Shown: positions 18,718 through 28,759, numbered from the stretch's first letter. The stretch: DNA of 64,000 bases from Rhodothermales bacterium (GCA_041391505.1 JAWKNW010000004.1:292540-356539), one strand, 5' to 3'. Numbers and translations: made by a program. Notes: a model not told the origin generated them from the sequence alone.

Positions 18718-20721
18718 ATGAAATCGATGTTCTTCCGTGGTTTTGTCGTTGCGCTGATCGCGCTCCTGTTCCCGCGGGGGGGCTGGGCGCAGGACAAGGA
18801 GAAAGAGGCGACGATTCCGATCTCGATGCTGTTGTCCCAACAGGCGGCCGAGCCGCCCTCGGCCTCCGCGGCGCTCGCCCCGACCCTCGATGCGACGTAT
18901 GTCCAGACGTTTATGCCGTCCCGGGTGTTCGACGCCACGAGCCTCAACGGCACCCGCCAGCAGAGCGGGCGGTGGCGCGTGCAGGACGGCGAATATATCG
19001 GCCTGGTCGGGCCCGGCGGCAGCGCGCTGCTCCTGCTGGATGGGTCGAGCCAGGATCTCGCCGTGGCGGCATCCTTTCGGTGCGGCCCCGGTTGCGAGCC
19101 GGGCATCGTGATCCATGCGCAAACCGAGGGCGATCGCACCAGCGCGGTGCTCTATTCGTTCGGCGAGGGGAAGGTGGGGGGACATCAGATCGTGCTCGAT
19201 CCGAGCGGAAAGCTCGTCGAGCGGTCGGGCATCGAGCCGAGTCCGAGTCCGTACCCCATGAGCATGCTCGACTTCCGGGCGGAGTATCCGGGCCTGGGCC
19301 TGTTGTACCCGGGCCAGCTCGGAGGCCGGCAGGGGATCGAGCCGCTCAAGCTCGACAATTCCTGGAACCGCGCCGAGATCCATTCGGTGGGCACGTCGCT
19401 GCGGGGCCTGCTCAACGGCGCCGGCACCATGGAAGCCGGCGTGACCGCCGCCGCCCGCACCGCCCACGGGCAGGTGGGCCTCTTCGTTTCCGGCCCTCCC
19501 GGCACCGAGATCCGGTTCCGCGGCGTCGGTGTCAAGCCGATGGACGTCAAGAACGCCCAGCCGGTCGAGGTGACGTCGCCGCGCTTCCGGAAGCAGCAGC
19601 TCGACGCGATGTTCTACAGCGAAGCCATCACCGCGGCCGACGTGAATCTGGACGGCAACATGGACGTCATCGCCGGGCCGAACATCTTCATGGGGCCCGA
19701 ATTCACGACGCGGCACGAACTGTTCGTCCCCAAAACCTATTCGCCCACCTCGTACCCCGATCCGCTCCTCGCCTCCGCCGGCGACTTCACCGGCGACGGG
19801 TATCCGGACATCCTGTACACCGGCGAGCCGGGACGTCCGGGTTTTCTCTATGTGAATCCCGGCAAGGGCGACGTGCACCGCTGGGAAAAATACATGGTGA
19901 TCCCGTCGGTGGACAACGAGGTCGCCTTCGCGGATGACATCGACGGCGACGGCCAGCTGGAGTATGTCTACACCGATGGCGGCTTCATCGGGTACGCCGA
20001 GCCGGGTCCGGACCCGACGAAGATGTGGACCTTCCACCCCGTCACCGAGAAGGGACCGTGGGGCGCGATGTATGCGCACGGACTGGGCACCGGCGACGTG
20101 GATGGCGACGGGCGCAAGGACATCATCCAGGCCTACGGGTGGTGGCAGCAGCCGGCGACGCCGAACGGGCAGCCGTGGACGTACCATCCCGAGACGTTTG
20201 GCCGCTGGGGATCCCAGCAGGGCGGCGGCGGCGGCGCCCGCGCCTACGCCTACGATGTCAACGGCGACGGGCTGAACGATATCGTGACCAGCCTCGAAGG
20301 CCATGGCTTCGGCCTGGCCTGGTTCGAGCAGAAACGCGACGCGGCCGGCACGATCTCGTTCACGCAACACATGATCATGGATGACTTCGCCCATCCGAAC
20401 AACGGCGTCGTCTTCGCCGCGCTCCATGCCCTCGCCGTGGCCGACATCGACGGCGACGGGCTGCAGGATATCGTCACCGGCAAACGCTGGTGGGCGCATT
20501 TCGGCGAAAACCCGACCGACCCGGATGCCTTCGGCGCACCCGTGGTCTACTGGTTCCGCCTCGTGCGCGAGAACGGCCAGGCCCGCTTCGTGCCCGAGCT
20601 GATCAACAACAACTCGGGCGTCGGGACCGACATGGTCACGGCCGACCTCAACAACGACGGGCTGCCGGACGTGCTGACCGCGACGCGCCGGGGAACGAAT
20701 GTCTTTATCAGCAAACGCTAG
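18718..20721 (+). CDS. Secreted DUF1080-like + FG-GAP beta-propeller fusion protein (divergent paralog 2)
   Basis: Start at MKSMFFRGFVVALIALLF... (signal peptide). N-terminal domain keeps FRCGPGCEPGIV and ...GQVGLFVSGPPGTEIRFRGVGVK. The C-terminal part has DVNLDGNMD, DIDGDGQLE, DVDGDGRKD, DVNGDGLND, DIDGDGLQD and DLNNDGLPD repeats. Confidence 0.8.
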   Translation: MKSMFFRGFVVALIALLFPRGGWAQDKEKEATIPISMLLSQQAAEPPSASAALAPTLDATYVQTFMPSRVFDATSLNGTRQQSGRWRVQDGEYIGLVGPGGSALLLLDGSSQDLAVAASFRCGPGCEPGIVIHAQTEGDRTSAVLYSFGEGKVGGHQIVLDPSGKLVERSGIEPSPSPYPMSMLDFRAEYPGLGLLYPGQLGGRQGIEPLKLDNSWNRAEIHSVGTSLRGLLNGAGTMEAGVTAAARTAHGQVGLFVSGPPGTEIRFRGVGVKPMDVKNAQPVEVTSPRFRKQQLDAMFYSEAITAADVNLDGNMDVIAGPNIFMGPEFTTRHELFVPKTYSPTSYPDPLLASAGDFTGDGYPDILYTGEPGRPGFLYVNPGKGDVHRWEKYMVIPSVDNEVAFADDIDGDGQLEYVYTDGGFIGYAEPGPDPTKMWTFHPVTEKGPWGAMYAHGLGTGDVDGDGRKDIIQAYGWWQQPATPNGQPWTYHPETFGRWGSQQGGGGGARAYAYDVNGDGLNDIVTSLEGHGFGLAWFEQKRDAAGTISFTQHMIMDDFAHPNNGVVFAALHALAVADIDGDGLQDIVTGKRWWAHFGENPTDPDAFGAPVVYWFRLVRENGQARFVPELINNNSGVGTDMVTADLNNDGLPDVLTATRRGTNVFISKR

Positions 20722-20898
20722 GTTCTATCTGGAAAAGCCGGCAGACCGCGTGTATCCCGACCCGAATTCAGGGTTCGACGCGGTGTTGAAGGTTCCCTGA
20801 ATGCCCCGGGGCCACCCGAGCGATTTTCAAGAAAGGCCTGATTCCGGGGGCGGCCCATGTCGGTTGCCGGCCCTCGTTTTATACCCCGCTCATCCTGT

Positions 20899-23082
20899 AT
20901 GATGTCCACGACCAAACTACCCCTGGCCGGACTGGCCGCGCTGGCGATGCTGGCCGCGGCCTGTTCGCCGTCTACCACCGAACTCGACCCGCGTTTTTAC
21001 GAGTGGCGTCGCTACGAGTCGGAGCCCGGCGCCACGCATTTCTCCGCGCTCGACCAGATCGATCGCACCAATGTCAACCGGCTGACCGTCGCCTGGACGT
21101 ACGAGACCCCCGGGGCGGCTTCGATCAACCCGATCGTCGTCGATTCGATGATGTACGTCTTCGGGGACTCGAACGCGGTGGAGGCCCTCGATGCCGCTAC
21201 CGGCCGGCGCATCTGGTCGCACCGAAGCCCGAATACCGTGACGCTGCTCGGCCTGCCGAGGGGCTACTTCGAGCATGGCATCACGTACTGGGAAAGCGAG
21301 GACCGCAGCGACCGCCGGCTGCTGATGTATGCCAACACGAACACGCTGACGGCCATCGACGCGCTGACCGGAGAGCTGATCGTTTCGTTTGGCGACAGCG
21401 GCATGGTCGACCTCCGGCAGGGGCTCGACATCGACCCGTTGCGCGTCCAGCGCGGATCGTCGCCGAGCCCGGGCGCCATCTTTGAAGACCTCATCATCCT
21501 CGGCTCGTCGCCCGGCGAAGGGTATGCCGCCGGCCCCGGGCACATCCGCGCGTTCAACGTCCGCACCGGGCGTCAGGAATGGATCTTCCATACGCTGCCC
21601 AAACCCGGCGAATTCGGGTACGAAACCTGGCCGGAAGGGCGGTCGGACGAGGGCGGGGGCGCCAACGCGTGGGGCGGCATCAGCGTGGATGTCGAACGCG
21701 GCATCGCCTACGTGCCGCTCGGCTCCGCGACGTACGACTTCTACGGCGTCGATCGCCACGGGCAAAACCTCTTCGCCAATTCGCTGGTGGCGCTCAACGC
21801 GCGGACCGGCGAGCGCCTCTGGCACTTCCAGACGGTGCATCACGACCTCTGGGACTACGACCTGACCGCCACGCCCGTCCTGTTGACGGTGCAGCGCGAC
21901 GGCCGGCCGCTGGACATCGTCGTCCAGGCCACCAAGACCGGGATGGTGTTCGCCTTCGATCGCGTGACGGGCGAGCCGCTCTGGCCGATCGAGGAGACGC
22001 CGGTGCCGGGATCGGACATGCCGGGAGAGCAGGCCTGGCCGACCCAGCCCATCCCCACGAAACCCGAACCGTTCATCCCCCTGACCCTGTCGGTCGAGGA
22101 CTTCAACCCGCACATGGACGCCCGCGACCGGGATTCGCTGGAGGCGTTCGTGCGCTCGATGGTCTACAAGGGCATGTACACGCCGCCCGACACCCGGCCG
22201 ACGCTGCAGGTGCCGGGAAATCGCGGGGGCGCCAATTTCGCCTCGACGTCCGGCGACCCGCGCGACGGCACCTTTTACGTGCTGAGCTACAACATGCCGT
22301 CGGTGCTGATGCTGGAGCCCATCACCGCCGGCGCCGTCGGCACGGGCGAGTCCATCTTCGACCAGGGGCAGGCCATCTACCAGGCGAACTGCCAGATCTG
22401 CCACCGCCCGAACCTGCAGGGGCAGCCCCTGAGCGGGATCCCGTCGCTGGTCGGCGTGACCGACCGCCTCAGCCACGACATCCTGAAGCAGCAGATCAAG
22501 GGCGGCCGCGGGCTGATGCCGGGCTTTCCGAATCTGAGCGACGGCGAATTCGATGCGCTCCAGTCCTTCCTCGCCAACCCCGACCTGGCGTTGACCGCCG
22601 GCGAGGCGCTGACGACGGGCCGGCCCGAGGGGCCCGTCCGCTACCAGAGCGGCTGGAACCACATCCTCGACAGCAAGGGGGTGCCGGTCATCAAGCCGCC
22701 GTGGTTCCGGATGACGGCCTACGACATGAACACCGGCGCCATCAAATGGCAGGCGCCGATCGGCGAGGTGCCGCACCTGGCGGAGAAAGGCATCACGAAC
22801 ACCGGCGCGGCCAACTGGCTGCGCGGCGGGCCGGCGATCACCGCCGGCGGGCTCATCTTCCAGATGGCCGGCGAGACCTTCTGGGCCTACGACAGCGCGA
22901 CCGGCGAGGTGCTCTGGCGCTCCGAGCTGCCGGGCATCGGCGAAGGGATCCCGACGGTCTACGAAGTCAACGGCCGGCAGTATGTCGTGGCCATCGCCAC
23001 GGCGGGCGGATTCGGCCAGCCGGAGCCCACACGCCCGCGCAAACCCGCCTACATCGTGTATTCGCTTCCGGAAACTGACTGA
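20899..23082 (+). CDS. Lipoprotein PQQ-dependent dehydrogenase with embedded cytochrome c domain (paralog 2)
   Basis: Start at MMSTTKLPLAGLAALAMLAAAC (lipobox). Collinear with paralog 1. CQICH at 22390-22404. Confidence 0.85.
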   Translation: MMSTTKLPLAGLAALAMLAAACSPSTTELDPRFYEWRRYESEPGATHFSALDQIDRTNVNRLTVAWTYETPGAASINPIVVDSMMYVFGDSNAVEALDAATGRRIWSHRSPNTVTLLGLPRGYFEHGITYWESEDRSDRRLLMYANTNTLTAIDALTGELIVSFGDSGMVDLRQGLDIDPLRVQRGSSPSPGAIFEDLIILGSSPGEGYAAGPGHIRAFNVRTGRQEWIFHTLPKPGEFGYETWPEGRSDEGGGANAWGGISVDVERGIAYVPLGSATYDFYGVDRHGQNLFANSLVALNARTGERLWHFQTVHHDLWDYDLTATPVLLTVQRDGRPLDIVVQATKTGMVFAFDRVTGEPLWPIEETPVPGSDMPGEQAWPTQPIPTKPEPFIPLTLSVEDFNPHMDARDRDSLEAFVRSMVYKGMYTPPDTRPTLQVPGNRGGANFASTSGDPRDGTFYVLSYNMPSVLMLEPITAGAVGTGESIFDQGQAIYQANCQICHRPNLQGQPLSGIPSLVGVTDRLSHDILKQQIKGGRGLMPGFPNLSDGEFDALQSFLANPDLALTAGEALTTGRPEGPVRYQSGWNHILDSKGVPVIKPPWFRMTAYDMNTGAIKWQAPIGEVPHLAEKGITNTGAANWLRGGPAITAGGLIFQMAGETFWAYDSATGEVLWRSELPGIGEGIPTVYEVNGRQYVVAIATAGGFGQPEPTRPRKPAYIVYSLPETD

Positions 23083-23130
23083 GTGGAACGTTTCGTGACA
23101 TCCATATCCTTTGCGGCACATTGCCGGCAC

Positions 23131-25284
23131 ATGACCGACCTTCGATGGATTGTATGCGGCTTGCTGTTGATCTCGCCCCTGGTGCTGGCGTCCTGCGCGT
23201 CGGAGGATCAGGGGCTCGATCGGCGGTTCTATAGCTGGTCCCGCTTCGAGGCGGAGCCGGGCGCGACCAGCTTCTCGGCGCTCGACCAGATCGACCGATC
23301 GAACGTGGATCGGTTGCAGGTGGCCTGGATGCATCCGACGCCCGGCGCGGTGATCCACAATCCGATCGTCGTCGACTCGTTGTTGTACGCCGTGGGAGAC
23401 AGCGGGTCGGTCATGGCGCTGCACGCCGGCACCGGTCGCCGCGTGTGGTTCCACCCGAGCACGCCGGCCGGCCGCATGACCGGGCGCGCCTTCATGTACT
23501 GGGAAAACGAGGACCGCTCGGATCGCCGCCTCCTCCATTTTCGGGGCAGCTACAACCTGGTGGCGCTCGACGCCCTCACGGGCGAGCCCATCGAGTCGTT
23601 CGGCGAGCATGGGGTGGTCGATCTTCGGTACGGCCTGGGCATCCCCCCGGAAACGATGGCCCGCGCCACCTCGTCGTCGCCCGGCGTCGTGTTCGAGGAC
23701 CTCGTCATTCTCGGGTCGTCGCCCGGCGAGGGCTACCGCGCCGGCCCGGGGCATATCCGCGCGTTCGACGTGCGGACCGGCAAACAGCAGTGGATCTTCC
23801 ATACCCTGCCGCAACCCGGCGAATTCGGGTACGACACCTGGCCCGCCGGCCGGCCCGAAAAGGGGGGTGGCGCCAACGCCTGGGGCGGCATGAGCGTGGA
23901 TGTGGAGCGGGGGATCGTGTACGTGCCGCTGGGCTCCGCCAACTACGACTTTTACGGCGTCGACCGCCCCGGGCAGAACCTCTTCGCCAACTCCCTCGTC
24001 GCGCTGGATGCGCGCACCGGCGAGCGTATCTGGCACTTTCAGACCACCCATCACGACCTGTGGGACTACGACCTGGCCGCTTCGCCGGTCTTGCTGACCA
24101 TCCAGCGCGACGGAAAGCCGCTCGACATCGTGGCGCAGGCGACCAAAACGGGGATGGTGTTCGCCTTCAACCGCGAGACGGGCGAACCGCTCTGGCCGAT
24201 CGAGGAGCGCCCTGTGCCGGCCTCGCCGATGCCGGGCGAGCAGGCCTGGCCGACGCAGCCGTTTCCCGCGAAGCCGGCGCCCTTCGTGCCGCTCGAATGG
24301 AACACCGAGGAGGATCTTAATCCGTACCTGTCCCTCGCCGACCGCGACTCCATTCAGCACCTGCTGCGGTCGATGGTGGTGACCGGCATGTATACGCCGC
24401 CCGGCACCCGGCCCACGCTCCAGATCCCGGGAAACCGGGGCGGGGCGAACTGGGGCTCGACCGCCGGCGACCCCCGGGACGGGACCTTCTACGTCCTCGG
24501 CGACAACCTGCCTTCCGTCCTCGAGCTGGAGGCCGTCACCGCCGCCGCGATCGGCACCGGCGGCACCATCGTGGACCGCGGCCAGGCCGTCTATCAGGCG
24601 TACTGCCAGATCTGCCATCGCCCCGATCTGGAGGGCCAGCCCGCCGGCGGCATCCCGTCGCTGCGCGGCGTCACCGAGCGGCTGTCGCATGTGGACCTCA
24701 ACGCGGTGATTCGGGGCGGCCGAAACCAGATGCCGGCCTGGCCCCAGCTTACCGAGGCCGAGATGACCGCGCTGTTTTCGTACCTCTCCAACCCCGACCT
24801 CGCCCTGACCCCCGGCGCGAATGCCCGGGCGGAAGACGACCTGCCCGAACGCTACCAGAGCGGATGGATCCACATCGTGGATTCGCAAGGCGTGCAGGCG
24901 ATCAAGCCGCCCTGGCTACGGCTCACCGCCTACGACATGAACGAAGGCGTCATCAAATGGCAGGTGCCCGTCGGTGAGGTATGGTGGCTGGCCGAGCAAG
25001 GCATCACGGGCACCGGCGCCGGCATGCGCGTGCGCGGAGGCCCCGCCGTCACGGCCGGCGGCTTGATCTTCCAGTCCGCCGCCGAAAAGATCTACGCATT
25101 CGATAAGGATACCGGGGCCCTACGCTGGTCCCATTCCCTGCCGGGCATCGGCCAGGGCATCCCTTCCGTTTACCAGGTGGATGGCAAGCAGTATGTCGTG
25201 GTGGCGGTGAACGCGGTGCCTGCCGCCCGAATGCCCCCCGGCGCCGTGATCGAGCCGGGGTACATGGCCTTCGCACTGCCCTGA
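23131..25284 (+). CDS. Lipoprotein PQQ-dependent dehydrogenase with embedded cytochrome c domain (paralog 3)
   Basis: ATG at 23131 (MTDLRWIVCGLLLISPLVLASC, lipobox) preferred over the GTG at 23083 that abuts the upstream stop. CQICH at 24604-24618. Confidence 0.85.
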   Translation: MTDLRWIVCGLLLISPLVLASCASEDQGLDRRFYSWSRFEAEPGATSFSALDQIDRSNVDRLQVAWMHPTPGAVIHNPIVVDSLLYAVGDSGSVMALHAGTGRRVWFHPSTPAGRMTGRAFMYWENEDRSDRRLLHFRGSYNLVALDALTGEPIESFGEHGVVDLRYGLGIPPETMARATSSSPGVVFEDLVILGSSPGEGYRAGPGHIRAFDVRTGKQQWIFHTLPQPGEFGYDTWPAGRPEKGGGANAWGGMSVDVERGIVYVPLGSANYDFYGVDRPGQNLFANSLVALDARTGERIWHFQTTHHDLWDYDLAASPVLLTIQRDGKPLDIVAQATKTGMVFAFNRETGEPLWPIEERPVPASPMPGEQAWPTQPFPAKPAPFVPLEWNTEEDLNPYLSLADRDSIQHLLRSMVVTGMYTPPGTRPTLQIPGNRGGANWGSTAGDPRDGTFYVLGDNLPSVLELEAVTAAAIGTGGTIVDRGQAVYQAYCQICHRPDLEGQPAGGIPSLRGVTERLSHVDLNAVIRGGRNQMPAWPQLTEAEMTALFSYLSNPDLALTPGANARAEDDLPERYQSGWIHIVDSQGVQAIKPPWLRLTAYDMNEGVIKWQVPVGEVWWLAEQGITGTGAGMRVRGGPAVTAGGLIFQSAAEKIYAFDKDTGALRWSHSLPGIGQGIPSVYQVDGKQYVVVAVNAVPAARMPPGAVIEPGYMAFALP

Positions 25285-25331
25285 CCCTCCATCCCTTTCA
25301 ACCACACGATCAACCCTCTGCGAGGCATCTT

Positions 25332-27221
25332 ATGCGCTACCGTTTGAACTGGATACTTGTTATCGCTTCGTTAATCGGGTTGCCGGCGCGCGCGCAGCAG
25401 AGCCCCGCCCCCGATTTTGTGCCGGACTATCTCTTCGACGGTTCGCAACTCTCCGCGTGGCGTCCACTCGGTGGGGCGGAATGGAAAGCGGAGAAAGGCA
25501 CCATCACCGGGACGGCCCGCTCGGGCGGCGGCGCGCTGGTGTTCGACCGGTCCTATGAGGATGTCGCGGTGTTCACTCGCTTTCGATGCACCGGCGCCTG
25601 CGACGCCGGCGTGCTGCTCCGCCTCGAAAAATCCGGCGACGGCATGAAAGGCATCCTGATCTCGCTGAAGGACGACGACGTAGGGCCCTATCGCGTGATG
25701 CTCGACCGGAACGGCAAGATCACGTCGCGCGAACTGGCGCGCGAGGCCAACGACGGCGATAACGGTGTCCGCACCGCGCCGAGCCCGCTGCAGCGGGATG
25801 CGTGGAACACCATCGAGATCTTTATCCGGGCCAACGAGATCCAGAATCACCTGAACGGCGTCCGCCGTTCGATCCCCGGCGGCACTGCGGTGCCACAGAC
25901 GCCCGAATCCGCCGCCGCCGGCATCTTCGCGCCCCGCGAAACGATGCCGCAGGCGTATGGTCCGATCGCGCTGTATGTCGGTTCGGGCAGCGTCGCGTTT
26001 ACCGATGTGGCGGTGAAGGACTGGATCCAGTACACCGTCGAGTCCGAGCACCTGTCGGACCGCTTCGCCATGCAGCATGTGGCCGACTTCCACTATTCCT
26101 GGGGCGTCGACGCGGCGGACATCGACCGCGACGGCGTCAACGACCTCGTCGCCGGCCCCTATTATTACCTCGGCCCGGACTTCCGCCGTCGCCGCGAGTA
26201 TTTCCCGTCCCGCACCTACAACCCCGGCGTCGAATACACGCCGCACATGCTCGCTTTCGCGAAGGACTGGACCGGTGACGGCTGGCCGGATATCATCGTG
26301 TCCGAGATGCGGCCGCTCGCGCTCTTCATCAACCCGAAAGGCGAAAGCCGGCGCTGGGAGCGGGTGCTCGTCATCCCCGACGTCTGCAGCGAGATCGCCA
26401 TCCAGGCGGATGTGGACAGCGACGGCGAGGAAGAACTCGTGTACGTCGACCGGGAAAGCCGCGTCTCTTATGGCAAGGTGGATCCCGCAAATCCCACCGG
26501 ACCCTGGAAGCTGACGAAGGTGTCTGCGCCCGTGTTCGAGTTCAACGGGTGCAGCATCCACGGCGTGGGCGCCGGCGACATCAACGGTGACGGGCGCGTG
26601 GATATCCTCCAGGCCACCGGGTGGTGGGAACAGCCGGCGAAGGACGCGGCCAAAGGCAACTGGGTGTACCACCAGCAGCTGTTCGGTGAATCCGCCACGT
26701 TCATCGGCGGCGGCGGCGCCATCTCGGTGTACGACTTCAACGGGGACGGGCTGAACGACGTCGTCTCCAGCCTCAGCGCGCACGCCTGGGGCCTCGCCTG
26801 GTACGAACAGCAACGCGACGCCAGCGGAAAGATCTCCTTCGAGAAGCACCATATCATGGGCGACTTCTCGACGGAAAACGCCGGCGGCGTCACGTTCTCC
26901 GAACCCCATGCCGGCGCCATCCTGGCGGACGTCGACCGCGACGGCATCATGGATTTCATCATCGGCAAACGGCACTGGGCGCACCTCGACACGATGGTCG
27001 ACCCCGATCCCGACGGCGAAGCGGTGATCTACTGGTACCAGACCGTCCGCCGGCCCGACGCGCCCGGCGGCGTCGCCTTCATCCCGCACCTCGTCCACAA
27101 TAAATCGGGCGTCGGATCCGAGGCCAAGGCGAAGGACATCAATGGCGACGGCGCCATCGACATCCTGACCTCCGGCACCCGCGGGACGTTCGTATTCTGG
27201 GGCAAGCCGACAGGGCAATAA
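25332..27221 (+). CDS. Secreted DUF1080 + FG-GAP beta-propeller fusion protein (paralog 3, close to paralog 1)
   Basis: 629 aa. Signal peptide ...LIGLPARAQQSPAPDF. FRCTGACDAGVLLR motif. Same FG-GAP repeat series as 16722..18662 (e.g. YDFNGDGLNDVVSSLSAHAWGLAWYEQ). Confidence 0.85.
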   Translation: MRYRLNWILVIASLIGLPARAQQSPAPDFVPDYLFDGSQLSAWRPLGGAEWKAEKGTITGTARSGGGALVFDRSYEDVAVFTRFRCTGACDAGVLLRLEKSGDGMKGILISLKDDDVGPYRVMLDRNGKITSRELAREANDGDNGVRTAPSPLQRDAWNTIEIFIRANEIQNHLNGVRRSIPGGTAVPQTPESAAAGIFAPRETMPQAYGPIALYVGSGSVAFTDVAVKDWIQYTVESEHLSDRFAMQHVADFHYSWGVDAADIDRDGVNDLVAGPYYYLGPDFRRRREYFPSRTYNPGVEYTPHMLAFAKDWTGDGWPDIIVSEMRPLALFINPKGESRRWERVLVIPDVCSEIAIQADVDSDGEEELVYVDRESRVSYGKVDPANPTGPWKLTKVSAPVFEFNGCSIHGVGAGDINGDGRVDILQATGWWEQPAKDAAKGNWVYHQQLFGESATFIGGGGAISVYDFNGDGLNDVVSSLSAHAWGLAWYEQQRDASGKISFEKHHIMGDFSTENAGGVTFSEPHAGAILADVDRDGIMDFIIGKRHWAHLDTMVDPDPDGEAVIYWYQTVRRPDAPGGVAFIPHLVHNKSGVGSEAKAKDINGDGAIDILTSGTRGTFVFWGKPTGQ

Positions 27222-27232
27222 GAGCCGCTCCG

Positions 27233-27297
27233 TCAGATGCGGGATGCTCGATGCTGGATGTGCTCATTCCGCTGCATATCGCGTATCCCGCATCTGA
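27233..27297. terminator. Long-loop hairpin between convergent genes (possible bidirectional terminator)
   Basis: TCAGATGCGGGAT (27233-27245) is perfectly complementary to ATCCCGCATCTGA (27285-27297). It lies between the FG-GAP stop (27221) and the nhaC stop (27332). No clear T-run. Confidence 0.35.
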
Positions 27298-27331
27298 TCA
27301 CCGGAGCGCCGGCGTGTGCCAAAGCAGTTAT

Positions 27332-28759
27332 TTATTCATCCTCGTAAAAACACCCGATACCCAGGATCGCGAGGGCCGGCGCCACGACGAGGTTGATAAG
27401 GGTGAGGAGCTGCCAGTGCCAGTAGTCGGCATAGGGTACGCCGAGCGCGCCGACCATGAAGACGGCCGTGGTCGTCCAGGGGATGATGCTTTCGATCATG
27501 GTGCCGGCGTCTTCCAGTGAGCGGGAGAGGACCTGCCGGGGAATCCGTAGCGCATCGTACTTCGATTTGAACGCATCGCCCACGACGAAGCTGGTTGCGT
27601 ACTGATTGGACGTCATCGCGTTGGTGACGGCGGTGGCGGCCAGGGAGGCGAGGATGACGCTCGGGCGCGACCGCGCGAACCGGAACAGCCGGCCGACGAC
27701 GATGGGCATGGCCTGGATGTTGTCGATCACGCCGATGTAGATGAAGACCATGAAGGCGACCGTGATCGATTCGTTGAGCGCGTAAAGGCCCCCCCGGTTC
27801 ATCAGAATCTGCACCCGCTCGGAAACCGCCGGCGCCCACACGGCCATGTCGGTGTGGAACCCCTTGTACAGCGTCTGGATGACGTCGGTCGCCGTGTAGC
27901 GCTGGAAGAGCAGTGCGAGGAGGGCGGCGGTCAGGACGGACGAGAGGATCGTGGGGATGGTCGGCTTCTTTTTGAGCGAACCGTAGAGCACGATGGCCGG
28001 CGGGAGCAGCAGCAGCGGATTGAACGCGAAGAGGGACCGGATTTCGGCGAGGAAGGGTTCGATGGCGCTCAGGTCCGCCGCCGACGCGTGCGGGGGATAG
28101 ACAAACCCCATCGCGGTAAAAATGAGGGCGGCGAGCACGGCCGAGGGGACCGTCGTGTACAGCATCGAGCGGACGTGCATGAACAGGTCGACGTCCGCCG
28201 CCAGCGCCGCGAGGTTGGTGGTGTCCGAGAGGGGCGAGAGCTTGTCGCCGAAATACGACCCCCCGATGACGGCGCCGGCCGTGATGCCCATGTGCCCACC
28301 CACCGCACCCGATATCCCGATGAGCACGACGCCGATCGTGCCGGCCGAGCCCCACGACGTGCCGGTGAGGGTCGAGAAGATCGCCGGCACCACGAAGGCG
28401 AGCACGTAGAGGTAGGTGGGGTTGATGATCCGGATGCCGTAGTAGACCAGCATCGGGATCGTGCCGCTGACGATCCAGCTCCCGATGATGAGGCCGATGG
28501 CGAACAGGATGAAAAACGCCGGCAGCGCGCTGGCGAGCTTGTTGACGATGGACGTCTGGATGGCCTCCCAGGTGTGGCCCTGCACGAATTGCGCGACCGT
28601 GGCCAGGCTGGCGGCGAGGATGAAGAGGACTTCGAGCGGCATCGGCGGCTGGCCGAACAGGGCGGGCCGGAGCATCAGTCCGTACACGATCAGGCCCAGC
28701 AGGCCGAGGATGGGTAGCAACGCTTCGGAGAACGAAGCCGGTGCGGGGTGGTCGGTCAT
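27332..28759 (-). CDS. nhaC: NhaC-family Na+/H+ antiporter
   Basis: Start at MTDHPAPASFSEALLPILGLLGLIVYG. Polytopic membrane protein with the length and glycine-rich TM pattern typical of the NhaC family. Confidence 0.75.
   Translation of the reverse strand: MTDHPAPASFSEALLPILGLLGLIVYGLMLRPALFGQPPMPLEVLFILAASLATVAQFVQGHTWEAIQTSIVNKLASALPAFFILFAIGLIIGSWIVSGTIPMLVYYGIRIINPTYLYVLAFVVPAIFSTLTGTSWGSAGTIGVVLIGISGAVGGHMGITAGAVIGGSYFGDKLSPLSDTTNLAALAADVDLFMHVRSMLYTTVPSAVLAALIFTAMGFVYPPHASAADLSAIEPFLAEIRSLFAFNPLLLLPPAIVLYGSLKKKPTIPTILSSVLTAALLALLFQRYTATDVIQTLYKGFHTDMAVWAPAVSERVQILMNRGGLYALNESITVAFMVFIYIGVIDNIQAMPIVVGRLFRFARSRPSVILASLAATAVTNAMTSNQYATSFVVGDAFKSKYDALRIPRQVLSRSLEDAGTMIESIIPWTTTAVFMVGALGVPYADYWHWQLLTLINLVVAPALAILGIGCFYEDE

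Noticed and set aside
20917-24888. 1323-aa ORF on the minus strand spanning two PQQ genes
   Set aside because: This is antisense to two plus-strand genes that have strong family motifs, lipoboxes and heme sites. The translation is Arg/Gly/Ala/Pro/Val-rich low complexity with no recognisable domain. That is the typical stop-codon-poor antisense frame of high-GC DNA.
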